From positions 29,762,001 through 29,826,000 of the forward strand of contig NC_087245.1 of assembly GCF_037042905.1 (NCBI RefSeq): DNA of 64,000 nt. Direction: 5' to 3'. This stretch comes from Lytechinus pictus (taxonomy: Eukaryota). Position 1 is the stretch's first letter, and the number at the start of each line of letters is the position of its first letter. The notes under the pieces were generated by a model, which was not told where the DNA came from, ran no database searches, and saw nothing but the letters and a program-made list of their open reading frames with translations. The translations under genes were made by a program, and so were the position numbers. Positions 1-12,526 of this stretch are shown here, piece by piece.

Positions 1-117
1 GGTGCCCCATTTTCGAGACAGGGATTTAAGCATGTACTTTCCAGACAACCACCAATATACAATCAGACGAACATCATTTCCACCATTCACATTTGGGGTA
101 TTTTTGAAGGGGCACAC

Positions 118-281
118 ACTGTAAAAAATGAAGTGCTAATTTAGCACTTACAGTGCTTGTTTAGTGACTGCACTGCGAGTGCTGATTTTCTAGTTTAAAT
201 TTAAATAGAAAATCAGCACTCGTAGTGCAGTCACTAGACAAGCACTGTATAGTGCTAAATTAGCACTTCATTTTTTACAGT
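118..281. mobile_element. Fully palindromic MITE (about 164 bp, ACTGTAAAAAA ends)
   Basis: The left half is the near-perfect reverse complement of the right half around tttaaatttaaa. Confidence 0.8.
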
Positions 282-783
282 ACACTTCGTAACCAATTTA
301 TATATTTTTAACTTATAAATTTGTGTTTCTGTCACTACAAATGGTTATTCAATATTTTACATCAACTAGTTAATAATCTACTATAACAATAAATGTCTTA
401 TCAGCAAATGTATAACAAGATCAGTGTGAATATTATATAAGTCACGGTGAAAGTAATAAAAGGAAAACAAACAAATACGGCACCTAATTTTCGCAGCGAG
501 CTTCTGGTAAAAATACTGTTCATACCTCAATAGAATGCAGTGCACACTAAAGGTATTAAACTCGATATCAAACACAAATCTCGGCAAAACGATCGAGCAA
601 CATAATCTCCTCAATAATGAGGCCGCTTGCTTAATATATTTCACTCAGCATGGGGTAGCACCCCCCCCCCAAAAAAAAACAAAAAAAAACATGGTCAACA
701 CATTGAGGGATGGAGAGGGAGTGGGGGGGGGGGGGGCTCTCATATTTGTTAATAATACTTTTTGTGCACAAGTCCCCATAAAA

Positions 784-870
784 TAGATAGATAGATAGGT
801 AAAGAAAGAGAGAGAGAGAGTGTGTGTGTGTGTGTGTGAGAGAGAGAAAGAGAGAGGGAGAGGGGGGGGG
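784..870. repeat. Compound microsatellite (GATA)n/(GA)n/(GT)n
   Basis: Directly visible. Confidence 0.9.
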
Positions 871-3800
871 CATAAAAAGAAAGAAGGATAGAGAGACAGA
901 CAGTAACCGCCCCCCCCCCGAAAAATGTTGGAAAATAAATGAGCATGCAGAGAGATGCGATGGGGCAGGAGATCAATGTAAACTGTAAACAATATTGAAG
1001 AAGTTCTAAACATTGCAACCGAAAAATAAAACGTTTCTGTCTCGTCGTTATAACAACTGTTGGATTTCAAAGCACACAGATTCTAATTTGATTGGATTTT
1101 AACCGTTGCATACGTACAAAATTATTAGTGACAGATCTTATTATTATCGTTTGTTCTGTGTATTGTATTGTGATATCTTTACACAGACGTGAGAAAATGG
1201 CAAAATCGGAAACTAATAATTGTTTTTGAGAGTAGCAGTAAGGAGGAAAATAATAAGCACGTGGTTTTTATCATGGTTTAGAGCAGAGACGGGTTTTTAT
1301 CATGGTTTAGAGCAGAGACGGGTTTTTGTCAAAAATTGAAACGTTAATAGTTTACAGTCCTTCGCGTTGGTCTGATTTTTTTTTATACTCATTTGGATTT
1401 GAACTTGGGAGGGGATAGAAACAGGTCGGTAAGGGGGATTTGCTGGCAAACTCTTCCAATTCTGTTTTACTCCGGGGTTTTACTTTATCCTATCCTTCTA
1501 ACTGTAGGCAATTTTATAATAAGCTATTTTCAGAAAGGGGTCAGCATTATGATTAGCGGATAATGGATTATTGTCATTGCCAAAAAAGTAGTTTAATTGA
1601 TGAGACGATGTAAACAGTATCGTTATTTCATTTTTTTATTATTTAGTTTTTCAAAAAAACATTTTAAATTCTCAAGTATTTTATTCAAAAAATGTGTATG
1701 ATATATCTCCCTTGTAACGGAATTAGTTGCATCAATGAATATATCATTCCATTTCTTTCATTCTTGGTGGACAAAATTTAATTTCTTATAATAAGTTCAT
1801 TAATTGCACATTCTTGAAAACATAGAACTGTTTCACCGAAATAATACAAAGCTTTAAAATGTGATAACTTTGTTATTGCTTGTGAGATATTGTTGGAATT
1901 TTCAGTGTTTTGTTTGTCTGATTTAAATTTATCTGTTTAAATCATATTATTTTCAGCCATGAGTACCACTTTAATTTAGTTACGGACTGACTGAAATTTG
2001 GGTTTGATATAATCAGACCAGGGAAGTTGGAATTATAATGTCTTGATCAAACAATACGACTATATGGATATGGACAAATTTGATTGCCTTTCTCCGTTAT
2101 TGTGGAAACATTTAAGGACCTCAATACATCTGTCATGAAGCATTGCTAGAAGATTCTTGCCCCTAATTTCAAATAATGCTTTCCATCTTTCACCGTGGGA
2201 TCATTCGATATCACTGCGAAGTTTTCAATTCCAGAAGAGAGGAATGACTGTGAACGAAAATAGAACACGGCTTATGATATACCCAACGTGACTTTGGCCC
2301 GTATTCTAACTCGAGTTTAGTTTAACAATGGATAGCCAATAGTGACAGAAATCTATGACAGTATATAGGTTCAATTTACCAGCTCTTTTCTCACTAGAAT
2401 AATTCATAATTGTCTGAGAAAAATAACTAAAAATCAGGGGAATGGACAACGTAACAATCGCGATGTTAACCAAATTTTGACATTTTCATCGCCCCATGAT
2501 AAGTTCAGCAGAGAGTTATAGGCCTACCATGGCCTATAGATTAAACTAGACTGCAAAATACTGGCCTTTTTAACTGTATATTCCACTTTTATGGGTTATA
2601 CATATAGGTATACCGCTTATATAAAATATGGCAAATGTGAAATTTCACGGTTCATGACTCTCAATTATTTGTTTTACCATGATGAATCGAATGCGTTTAT
2701 GCACCACATAGGTTTTCAGTTATACATTTGGAAGCAGAGAGGTGTTTTCCTCCCTTTTGTTTGATGATCATACATGTACAGTAAATATTTGTATTACAAA
2801 CCTATTTTTTAGCATGGCAATAGTAAAAACTATTGCCCTGCTGAAATCATGCCTATCGGTACATAAGATACATGTATAAGATAATATTATTTTCGTTGAC
2901 GTGCAACCCCATGAGAAGGATTTTTTTTCTTTTTTACATGCATGTCTTCTAACCAAAATCTTCCAGTTTTGCCTCTGGAAAACAAAGACAAATGCAAGAC
3001 AAGACAGACGCTGAGCTGCAGACAATTCTCATGGGCACGAACGGTGAGCGTCCTGTTGCCATGGAAACGCCGGCTCTCGTCAGCTCGCAGCAGCAAAAAG
3101 GCATCGCTCAAAGTCTATAAAAGAAGAAACGAGATGAGACGATTTATTTTACCTTCTTTGTTTTTGCTTATGCAAGTGATTATTTTGTCATTGCCATATC
3201 GATGATGATGATATAATACCCAAGGGCAGAAGTCAGCGACAAATCTTGGATTATAGGCGAGAGTTCACGTTTTAATGAGGGAAAAGTGAAGAGAAAAGAA
3301 CGGATGATAGGTATTTACGAGAAGGTATGGAGAGAACTTGAAAGTGAAGGACAAGAAGATAAGGATGGATGGAGAAAACAGAATGCAAGAAGGATGAGGG
3401 AGATAAGGAGGAGGAGAATAAGATAAAAAGAAAGAAAAAGAAGAAGAAGTAAGGGCGTAGAGAGTGAGGGCGGAGGCGGGAAAAGTAGATTGAAGTTTAT
3501 CAGTTGATAGAATAACATTTTGATATATAGGTCGGGTGCCTTTTTATTATACTCCCTGCATTTATGATTTCGGTTGGCATGGAAACATTACTCTGGCTCC
3601 TGCATGGGCGCTACGCTGGAGGGGGAGGGGGCTGGTTCGTCCCTGAAATATTACAACAAAAATCAAATATGCTAAAGTACATGCAATAAATGGCTGGTCA
3701 TTATTGGTCCTCCAACGATATTTTCATGGGGATCTTTTCTTCGTATCGTTTGCTTGTCAAATTTCACCACTCCCCGAATTGTCATTTGGCCAGTGGCGGA

Positions 3801-4129
3801 TCCAGGGGAGGGATGGGCGCCCTGGATGACCCATCAATGCAATTTTTTTGGGGGGAGGGGTGGGTCGGATTTCTTGCCAACGAGAAATTTTGTCGAAAAT
3901 TATTTTGAAAAAAAGAGAAAAGCTTTTGCCGCGCCTTATGAACTCCTGGAGCGCCACCAAGTATCATTGTAAAATAAACTGGGTGCGTTATGTTTAATTC
4001 CTAGCATTATGTCAAAAACATGAATATAATTATTTCGTTTTTTGGAATATAATCTGCTGATAACTAATTGTAAAATATAGAATGAATGTTCGTTCGGTCT
4101 GGAAGGAATGCTTTGCCCATTGGAAGGGT

Positions 4130-4540
4130 AAATTGCCAACTCGTCCAATCATCACATGGTCTACTTTCAGTAAGTCTAATGCCATTCCATCCATCAACAT
4201 TTCGTCTAACATTGATTTCATTTGGCCCAATAACCATTTGGTCCAATCATCACTTCGTCTAATCACCATTTTGTCTACGACCATTTCGTCTCCTATAACC
4301 AGTTGGTCTTATATCCATTTCATTTTTATTCATTTTGCAGAATTAACATTTAGTCCAATTAGACCGAATGGTATATGGACTAAATGGGTATTGGACCAAC
4401 TGATTATTAGTCGAAATGGTGAGTGCAATAATTGGTGATTAGACCATGTGGATAGTGGACGAACTGATGGTAGACCAAATAAAAGTAGACGAGTTGGCAA
4501 TTGGACGAATTGGCATTAGACGAATTGGAAATAAACCAAT
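4130..4540. mobile_element. MITE-like element built of inverted ttggtctaa/ttagaccaa-type subrepeats. Decayed relatives at about 9000-9365 and 53060-53240
   Basis: aattgccaactcgtc near the left end is mirrored by gacgagttggcaatt near the right end. Confidence 0.55.
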
Positions 4541-4856
4541 GGAAGGGTGTAGCACTGATATCCCCTCTATAGGGGGGGGGGGGGGTAGCGGGAAATAGCA
4601 GCGGACGGATCTTTTCTTTTTAAGATTAGACTCGAGTATTTTCTGCATTTATGGTAACTCCCGTAGGAACTCGGCAGGACAGCATTTTTGCTGGTAAACG
4701 CCAAGCTGGTATATAACCAATTACCTAGGAAACATTTTACGTCTAGGTTAATCCGTCATAGTGGCTGACCTTATAGACGACATATATTACTCTCGGGCCT
4801 TTTTATCAAAGTAGAGACAATGGCACAGCAGGGATTCGAACTCACAACCTTGCGAT

Positions 4857-6035
4857 CAGTGGCGTAACTACGGGGGGGGGGCATGGGGGGCACGTGACCC
4901 CCCAATCGGCTGGCAAAAAAAAAAAGCAAAAAAAAAAAAAAAAAAAAAAAACGGGGAAAAGGAGAAAAAGAGGGAGAAAGGAAGCGAAACGTAGTATTGA
5001 AAGAGGAAATTATTGTTCATTAAAATGTTATATTATATTATGTTATGTTATATTACATAAGATGCATTTTTTTCATAAATTTATGAAACATTATTTGCTC
5101 AGGGCCTATGTCTTCATTGTTCCTGGTGCTCGCATAGACTGTTTAACGAGATATATAATTCTGTAAAACCTCCCGTTTTCAAATCAATATACACCAATTA
5201 TATTTCCTCGCAATTCGAGTTTTTATGGAGTGACATTTGCTTCTTTTTCATGACTACTTAAAATGATTGCCCTGGCTATTTTAAGGTCTTAATATAAAAC
5301 ATTTCCTGTCCGTGCTAACGTTTGCATTAGTTTGGTGAGATGTATGCTCTTCATGAATTCCTTAAAATATCAATTGTTCTGATCTGAATATCAAAACTTT
5401 TCAGCTCGCGCTTCGCGCTCGCATTATTTGGTTAGTGAAATACGTAAGGGCTTAGTGAATTTCTACAAACAAGCCTTAGAATGCCCCTCTTCAGGTCTAA
5501 ATTTCAAAAATTTTCAGCTCGCGCTTCGCGCTCGCAGTATTTGATTAGTGAGATGCGTATGATAATCGTGATTACAATGACTATAAAAAGCGCTTCACGT
5601 GTTCAGATGTAATTCTAACAAAATCACCAAAGGTTGGCACTAGCATTAGATGACTTTGCTTAGATATTTATACTCTAAATGGATTCCTAAAATATAGTCC
5701 TTAAAATGTCACTGTTTGTGGTCAATATATACAAAAATTTCAGCTCGCGCTTCGCGCTTGCATTGTTTGTTTAGCGAGACAGATCATGATTACAGAAAAT
5801 TTGATTATAATGTCCTTTTTTAGGTCTGAAAATCAAAAAATTTTAGCTTACGCTTCGCGCTCGCATTATTTGATCAGTAAGATACATATCCGTTTAATGG
5901 CACTGCATGTCCTTAAAATATCTCTAGTAGGTCAGTATACCTGGCAACTGAGCGCGCTTCGCGCGCTCCCTAAGTGACTCGAAATTTTTGCTGGTGCCCC
6001 CCCCCCCCAATGCCGTGACCCACGGTACGCCACTG
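4857..6035. mobile_element. Non-autonomous hAT-type DNA transposon, 1179 bp
   Basis: TIRs CAGTGGCGTA...TACGCCACTG with a perfect 8-bp TSD cttgcgat (4849-4856 and 6036-6043). Internal repeats of gctcgcgcttcgcgctcgc. Confidence 0.9.
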
Positions 6036-6182
6036 CTTGCGATTATGAGTCCAATGCTCTAACCACTGGACCACACGACCCGTTTGAAGATCTGAGCCCC
6101 GTAACACAAAGCTTAAGAATAGCAAATAATTATTAATGGTTGAAAGAACACAATTAAATGCGTGTAACATTGATCTTCATCT

Positions 6183-6403
6183 AGTTTCCTTCAGCAAGGA
6201 ATTCATCCACAGTGTGCTGCACTCGACCCAGGTGAGGTAAATGGGTACCGGCAGGAAGTAATTCCTCAAAAAGCTGTGTGCACACACCTGAATAGGTAGC
6301 CTCGCTTAGCCGGGGTAATAATAATAATAGCAGGGCCCGGTGGAAGAACAGTTTTCGGAACTGAAGTGGCTACCCTGGGTAAATATATCGTTATTATTAT
6401 TAT
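6183..6403 (+). mobile_element. 5'-truncated SINE, same family as 19085
   Basis: Shares tttccttcagcaag..cacagtgtgctgcactcgacccaggtgaggtaaatgggtacc and a (TTA)n tail. Confidence 0.8.
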
Positions 6404-6461
6404 TGATTGGTCACACCATTTTGCGATTGATCGCTAGTCTTTGTGTTACGGAGCACTGGAA

Positions 6462-6464
<3 letters not shown>

Positions 6465-6525
<61 letters not shown>
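6465..6525. repeat. (TA)n microsatellite
   Basis: Directly visible. Confidence 0.95.
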
Positions 6526-6528
<3 letters not shown>

Positions 6529-7586
6529 ATTAAAAATAAAAGTGACCAAGGAATCGGGGCTGTGATTTAACCCCTAAACTTAAAAAAAAGAGTACATGAA
6601 TACTTAAAAAGTTACACAGTGAATTTTTGTATGGTCAGCTCCCCCCCCCCCCCCTCTTTAAAAACCATTCGGCAGTCCCTGTCACAGCAGTGAGTTGCAC
6701 CAGACTACCCACCGCCATATAATTGGCTTACCTCCAATTCGTCAACGTTAGAAATAATGTTGATGTTTCAAGTCTCTACCCGATTTAAGTGTTGTTTGTC
6801 TTCGTGACATTATCCCATGTACTCATTAGCAGTACAATCTATCGCTCCCGATTCCGCCATTGACATCTTCCACTAAAGGTGTCGTATTCACACGTTTCAT
6901 TCAATTTGCTCAGACTGATGATGTGTAATTTCGCAAGTCTTGTGCGAAAAGCAAATAGTATCAATGACGTCTTTGATCGTCTCCAAATAAATTTGCGTCG
7001 CACTAGACAGAATTTTGAGAGGACCCCCCCCCCCCCGAACTATTAATATTAACTCTTTATTTCCGTAACATTAGCTGTGTTTGACAGATAGGCCTACTTT
7101 AAAGTATAGTCTCTGGAAATTCAGGTTTTTTTTTGCACACAAAGCTATTGAAGTTATTGGAATACATGCACTAGCGTACCTATACGGGATCTGCCCCCCC
7201 TGACGAGCCACAACCCATGCAAAGGACGTATCCCTGCCCCCCCCTGACGAGCTTGAAGACCTTTATTGCCCCCCCTGACGAGCTTGAAGACCTTTTTTTT
7301 TTTTTTTTTTTTTGCTTGTCAAATTTTTTGGCGGACGGTTTTGCCCCCCCCCCCCTGTGGAAAATCCTAGGTACGCCACTGAATCATGGACCTGGCCACG
7401 GAGGATTAACTATTGTTACTGGGGGTGCTGTAACAATGCTCAGCACCCCCAGTAACAATAGACTAATCCTCCGTGGATAGGTCCCTGCACTGAATACATG
7501 TATGTAAGAACAAGAAAATAAGAATAATAAAACGACTGTTTTCGACTCGCGTACTGCCGCCGTAAAGCAAATGCGACTGAGGTATT

Positions 7587-7757
7587 ATACCTCGGTCACA
7601 TTTCCTTTACGGCGGCCGTACGGCGAGTCGAAAACAGCCTAGTCGTTTTATCAAATTTAATTCAAGCCACCTATATGTAGCTGGTACAAAAACAATGTTA
7701 AAACGGCTGTTTTCGACTCGCCGTACGGCCGCCGTAGAGCAAATGTGACCGAGGTAT
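7587..7757. mobile_element. Palindromic MITE (ATACCTCGGTCACATTT...AAATGTGACCGAGGTAT) with partial arms on both sides. Related copy at about 50152-50277
   Basis: About 50-bp terminal inverted repeats containing cggcggccgtacggcgagtcgaaaacagcc. Confidence 0.8.
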
Positions 7758-8549
7758 CAGAGGTTTGAATAAAAATGAACGAAACTGCCGTTTTAGACTC
7801 GCCGTACGTGTCGGAAGCAGAAAACCACAGCAGAAAATGCTGAGACCTACACCAATGAGGGCGCTGTACTAGAAACAGTTCAATTCAGGAAATAAGTTTT
7901 CGAAATAATTATATGCTTAAGTATTGAATAGGTTTTAAATCGTTGTAATTCTATTCAGTTGAATAATCAAATGATTGTGTGATTCAACAAAAGATTACAT
8001 ATAACCCATCATATGTGGAAATTTTTAATATGATTTTGATGAAAAAAAATCAGAAGAAAGTTTCCATGTGGACTTTGTGGAACTATGTATACGAGAAAAT
8101 ACATTTGTAAATAAGTGTCTGAAATCTATCCACCAACCCTCACGAATATCTGTAATAATTTTCTAGTAAAATTCATATCTTACTTCCAGGAAAAAGGTGA
8201 GTCGCCATTTGTACAGAAGCGAATATAATACAGCCAAACAAAAGGGAAACTTGGTAATACATCTAAGTTGGAACAGACTGATGCCATTTTTAGAATTCAT
8301 GTATTCAGACATTATAGACCCATGCATTTGTGTTTCTACTGTGTATGTGTGTTTTTTTTTTTTTTTTTTTTTTTGGGGGGGGCGTTGCTCTTTAAACTGC
8401 GGGTGAACAGGGCATTAAGATCAGGCACCAGTCCCCGTAGATATATTTCTAAGTGCTGTTTAATGTAATTTCATTATTATTATTATTAGTTATTTATTGT
8501 AAAGCACTTTGATCATATTTTGGTTAACTTGAAGCGCTATACAAGTACC

Positions 8550-8712
8550 TGGGGGGCCGTTTCATAAAGTTATTCGTAAGTTAAGAGCGACTGGTGATCT
8601 TTTCTTACGCGCTAAACCGTCGCCAATGAATATACCATTTACCACAAGATAGGATCACCAGTCGTTCTTAAAGTCGCTCTTAACTTACGAACAGCTTTAT
8701 GAAACACCCACC
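8550..8712. mobile_element. Palindromic MITE (gtttcataaag..gtaagttaagagcgac). Second copy at about 45888-46070
   Basis: Inverted arms and two dispersed copies in opposite orientation. Confidence 0.8.
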
Positions 8713-11153
8713 TGTTATGTATGTATGTATATATATATATGTATGTATGTATGCTCGATGTATGTGAGTGTATGTTGGGGACATGTGAAGTGGGGGTAAG
8801 GCGATGTAGAAGTGGTGTACTTTTTCTTTCTGAATTAAATAAGAGTAATGTATAGAGCTACACAATCCAAATCACTTTTTCATCCTCTTCTTTCTTCCTT
8901 TCCCCTTCCACTTTTCTATCCTTTTCTCTTTTTTTTTTTGGGGGGGGGGGGGGGGGGTGTTACTACTTAAAAAATAATGTTGCCCTCTGCCCCTACCCCT
9001 GCAAGATAGGCGCCCTTGGGTCTAATAATACTTCATCTACAATCAGTCCTTCTACCAATCATTTTGCCCAATTACTATTTATTAAAGTCATTTACCATTT
9101 TGTCTAATTTCCAGTTGGTTTAACACCCCTTATAAATAAGTCTATAAGGTTAAATGAACCAAATTTCAATTTGAAAAAGTAAAAAAAAGAAAAAGAAGAG
9201 TGGACAAATTGGAAATTACACCAACTGAGAATTAGAAAAGAGTGGGGATAAGACCAACCATATTGCACACAAAAGGCGATTCGACAAAAATGATAAGAGA
9301 CCAAAAATATCTGCCCATGTGGTGGGCCTATGTGATAAGGAGCTTGTAGAGTCTGTAGACCAAGTGAATTCAAATAAATGATGTATTTATCATTATTTTC
9401 AACAAAAAGTCTAAATGTATCTCAGAGCTGGAATCCCGCTTAGCGTCTTTCACCATCTCCACTGCCTTGTGAATGCTGAAATGGGATTACAATAGAAAAG
9501 ACGCTGAGGGGATCCTTGCTGAAAGATACCACTCAGACAGTGCCTATTAAAGATAAATGCCAGTTGTGGTAACGATTTCAAAATGAGTTCGTACAGAATC
9601 CAATGAAGTGACCACCAAAGTGTCTGTTTGTATAAATAAAAAATATGTGCCAAAGGATTCTGGAAGAAAATGTGTAATTGCTGAGAAATTAGCAAATAAG
9701 CATGGGATTCGGGTCAAGCGTCAGGCCGACATTCAAAGCAATATTACACTATCGCACGTGCGCTTATCTGTATTGGTGATCTTTAGTGTGAACATTCTTC
9801 AGCGTAGATTTCAAGATTTCACAAAGTTCAGGTTATGTAACTGTACCAGATCTAGATCCTCGGTGATATAGTGACAATTAAGCCGGGTTTTACTGACTTT
9901 CTCATGAAATCACTGTTTACTGCAACTACTTTCATTTATCTTTAATATATTTCTTTCATCTAATTATATATTTCTAATATCTGCATGCCAATTACCTACC
10001 AATATTTATCTTACATTAACAAACAAATACACAACATTCATGACATAAATTGCGCAGGATTCTGCTCTGTTTTTCAAAATTTACTTTTCAAATTCATAAT
10101 TTTACAGAAACAAAACTGTTGAGGTCACATTGATTATTGAACATACCAAGTAGTTGGATTTTTATACAAAAATGAGCAAAATAATAAGATACAAATACAT
10201 ACTAAGTATACATATAAAGTGATGACAACATAAACTTTTATATCCTGAAAGCACTTCTGTTCATCTCCAAGATTGTAGAACTCCACTATGAAGCTACATA
10301 TAAAGGACAAATGCCATAATTATCCACCATTATCATAGTGCTCAAAGTGATCTAGTTAGTTTCTACAACAGCTGCACATACATGTATAAAATTGAGGTGA
10401 CTTTTGCTTGGGTATCATTTGTAATTCATTCAACTAGGATGTACAGGCTTGGGATTTGGACGTACATGTAATCAACTTTGAAGGTTCATTCGAGTCCCTA
10501 CAACATGTACAATAACCCAGTTAATAATTACAATGATTATTCATATATTATTCAAATATGCTTGTGTTCAACCATATTTGGAATTTGGTAATGGGTCAAA
10601 TGAAAGCCAATTAGTTTTAGTGGACAATTAATTCAAGTTATTGACATATCTTAGGAGTCAGGTCATGCAGTGGATCCTTTAAGAGATAGATATCGCAGAT
10701 TTGTTAAAAATGAATGATTTACTGATAACTGCGTATATATGTCTAACGGAAAAAAAAAGAAAGGTCATTTGTGAAAACTTGCTCTAGTGGCTAGTTACAA
10801 AATGGCTTATTAATTGACACCCGCAAACATTGATCTACGCACTGCTACACAAACGTGAATCAATCAGCAATCACACAGATTGATTGTATGAAGATCAATT
10901 GCTAGACTTTGTGTGACAGGGCACAGATGTCAATAAAAATTGTACAATCAAACAGAATGAAGCAACTGTCACTATTGTGTTCCTGCATGGTTTCAAAAGT
11001 CTAGATCATGCTGAAAGACTGAATTTAAACTAATATTCATCTAGTCCACATAAATGTGTACAAATCCCTGCCAAAATTAGTAGAACATCATCCCTTATTT
11101 AAATGACTTTCTTTTCTTTATCAGATGTTTCCGGCGAAGTAATTGGTTTGATA

Positions 11154-11672
11154 AACAAGTGGAACGCCTCTGGCAGTCTCGCCTGCATTACGCGAGTTGA
11201 TACAGTAGCAGTGCAGACTTTGAAAACACCTATTAAATAATTATTCACAAAAGAAAAGATAATAAAATGTCCAGTCACCCAAAATGGCCTTTGACCATAA
11301 CCATGTGATCTAAGACGTGTGCAAAACAATAATTCATACTTGATTACCCTATGTCTATGTTTCATGAACTAGATCCATAAACATTCTAAGTTATGACACC
11401 AATTCAACAAATACCTCTAACACGGCCAAAGTTCATGGACCTTAAAAGATCTTTGATCTTGGTCATGTGACCTGACACACACAGGATGTTCAGGATACAT
11501 GGTTGCTCTTACGTCCAAGTTTCATGAACTATGTCCATAACTCCATATAATTTTTAAGTTATGATGACACCTCAAAAACTTAACCTTGGTTAAGATTTCA
11601 ATGTTGACAACACCGCCGCCATCGGAAAAACGGCGCCTGTAGTCTCGCTCTGCTATGCAGGCGAGACAAAAA
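11154..11672 (-). mobile_element. Helentron-associated/DINE-1-like non-autonomous element, short copy
   Basis: Subterminal inverted repeat GTCTCGCCTGCA/TGCAGGCGAGAC, terminal hairpin, (GCC)n, internal repeat unit and A/T-run flanks without TSD. Confidence 0.7.
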
Positions 11673-12526
11673 TCTTCATAATAAAATTTCCAGTAAGTCG
11701 TATAAATTCACAAGCATACACAGATTCAGAAAACTTAACACAGACAATTCCTCATTCCTAATTATTCTTTTAATTATATCCAATTAAAATAATTTCATGA
11801 TTTATGTCAATTTGAAATTCATACATTTACAAAGTATGGGGGGGGGTAGCCATTATGCTCCAATCTTAAGATCTTGATCGTGACAGAAATTTGCACAATG
11901 ATAGAAAATGACATAAACTATGGGACTGCATAGCTAAATTTCACTAAATCAATGTTTTATTATATGAATTATTTTGTGGTAAGCCTATAAACAAGCACTT
12001 GAATTGCTATTAAAAAATCTAAATGCTTTTCTTTTCTTTTTTCTAAATTTGTGAATTATGGTGTTTTTAATTTTTTGTCTTCCAATATTTTTTTGATAAA
12101 AATTGTTGGTGAAACTTTTATGATCATAATCATATCATTTAGTTTTTAATCAGTGAAAGTACAAATGATGATCAGTTATGAATTTTGCCTAAAACAGATT
12201 TTGCATTGGATTTGCACATTAAAGACCATTTTTTAACATTATTTGGTCTTACATAATGATGCGTAATTTCACGAGATTAAAGAAAATAAATAAACAATGG
12301 TCGCCAAACCTATGGCATACAATATTGAGATGGGGACAAAATTTTTAACAGCTTTTCATATTCAAATTGGCAACATAACTACAATCTGGTCACCTTGTTT
12401 TTAATTACTTATTTTCTATTACATTGACAAATTATGGATAAACCAAATCTAATGATTAGAACAACCCAAGAGCAATAAAAGTACGGACAGATCCTAAATT
12501 AAGTATCCACTCAAAGCATGTCAACA

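Noticed and set aside
381..1070. Cluster of overlapping ORFs
   Set aside because: They derive from microsatellites and homopolymer runs, with low-complexity translations.
1264..1327. Two-copy tandem repeat of about 30 bp
   Set aside because: An ordinary local slippage duplication with no further structure.
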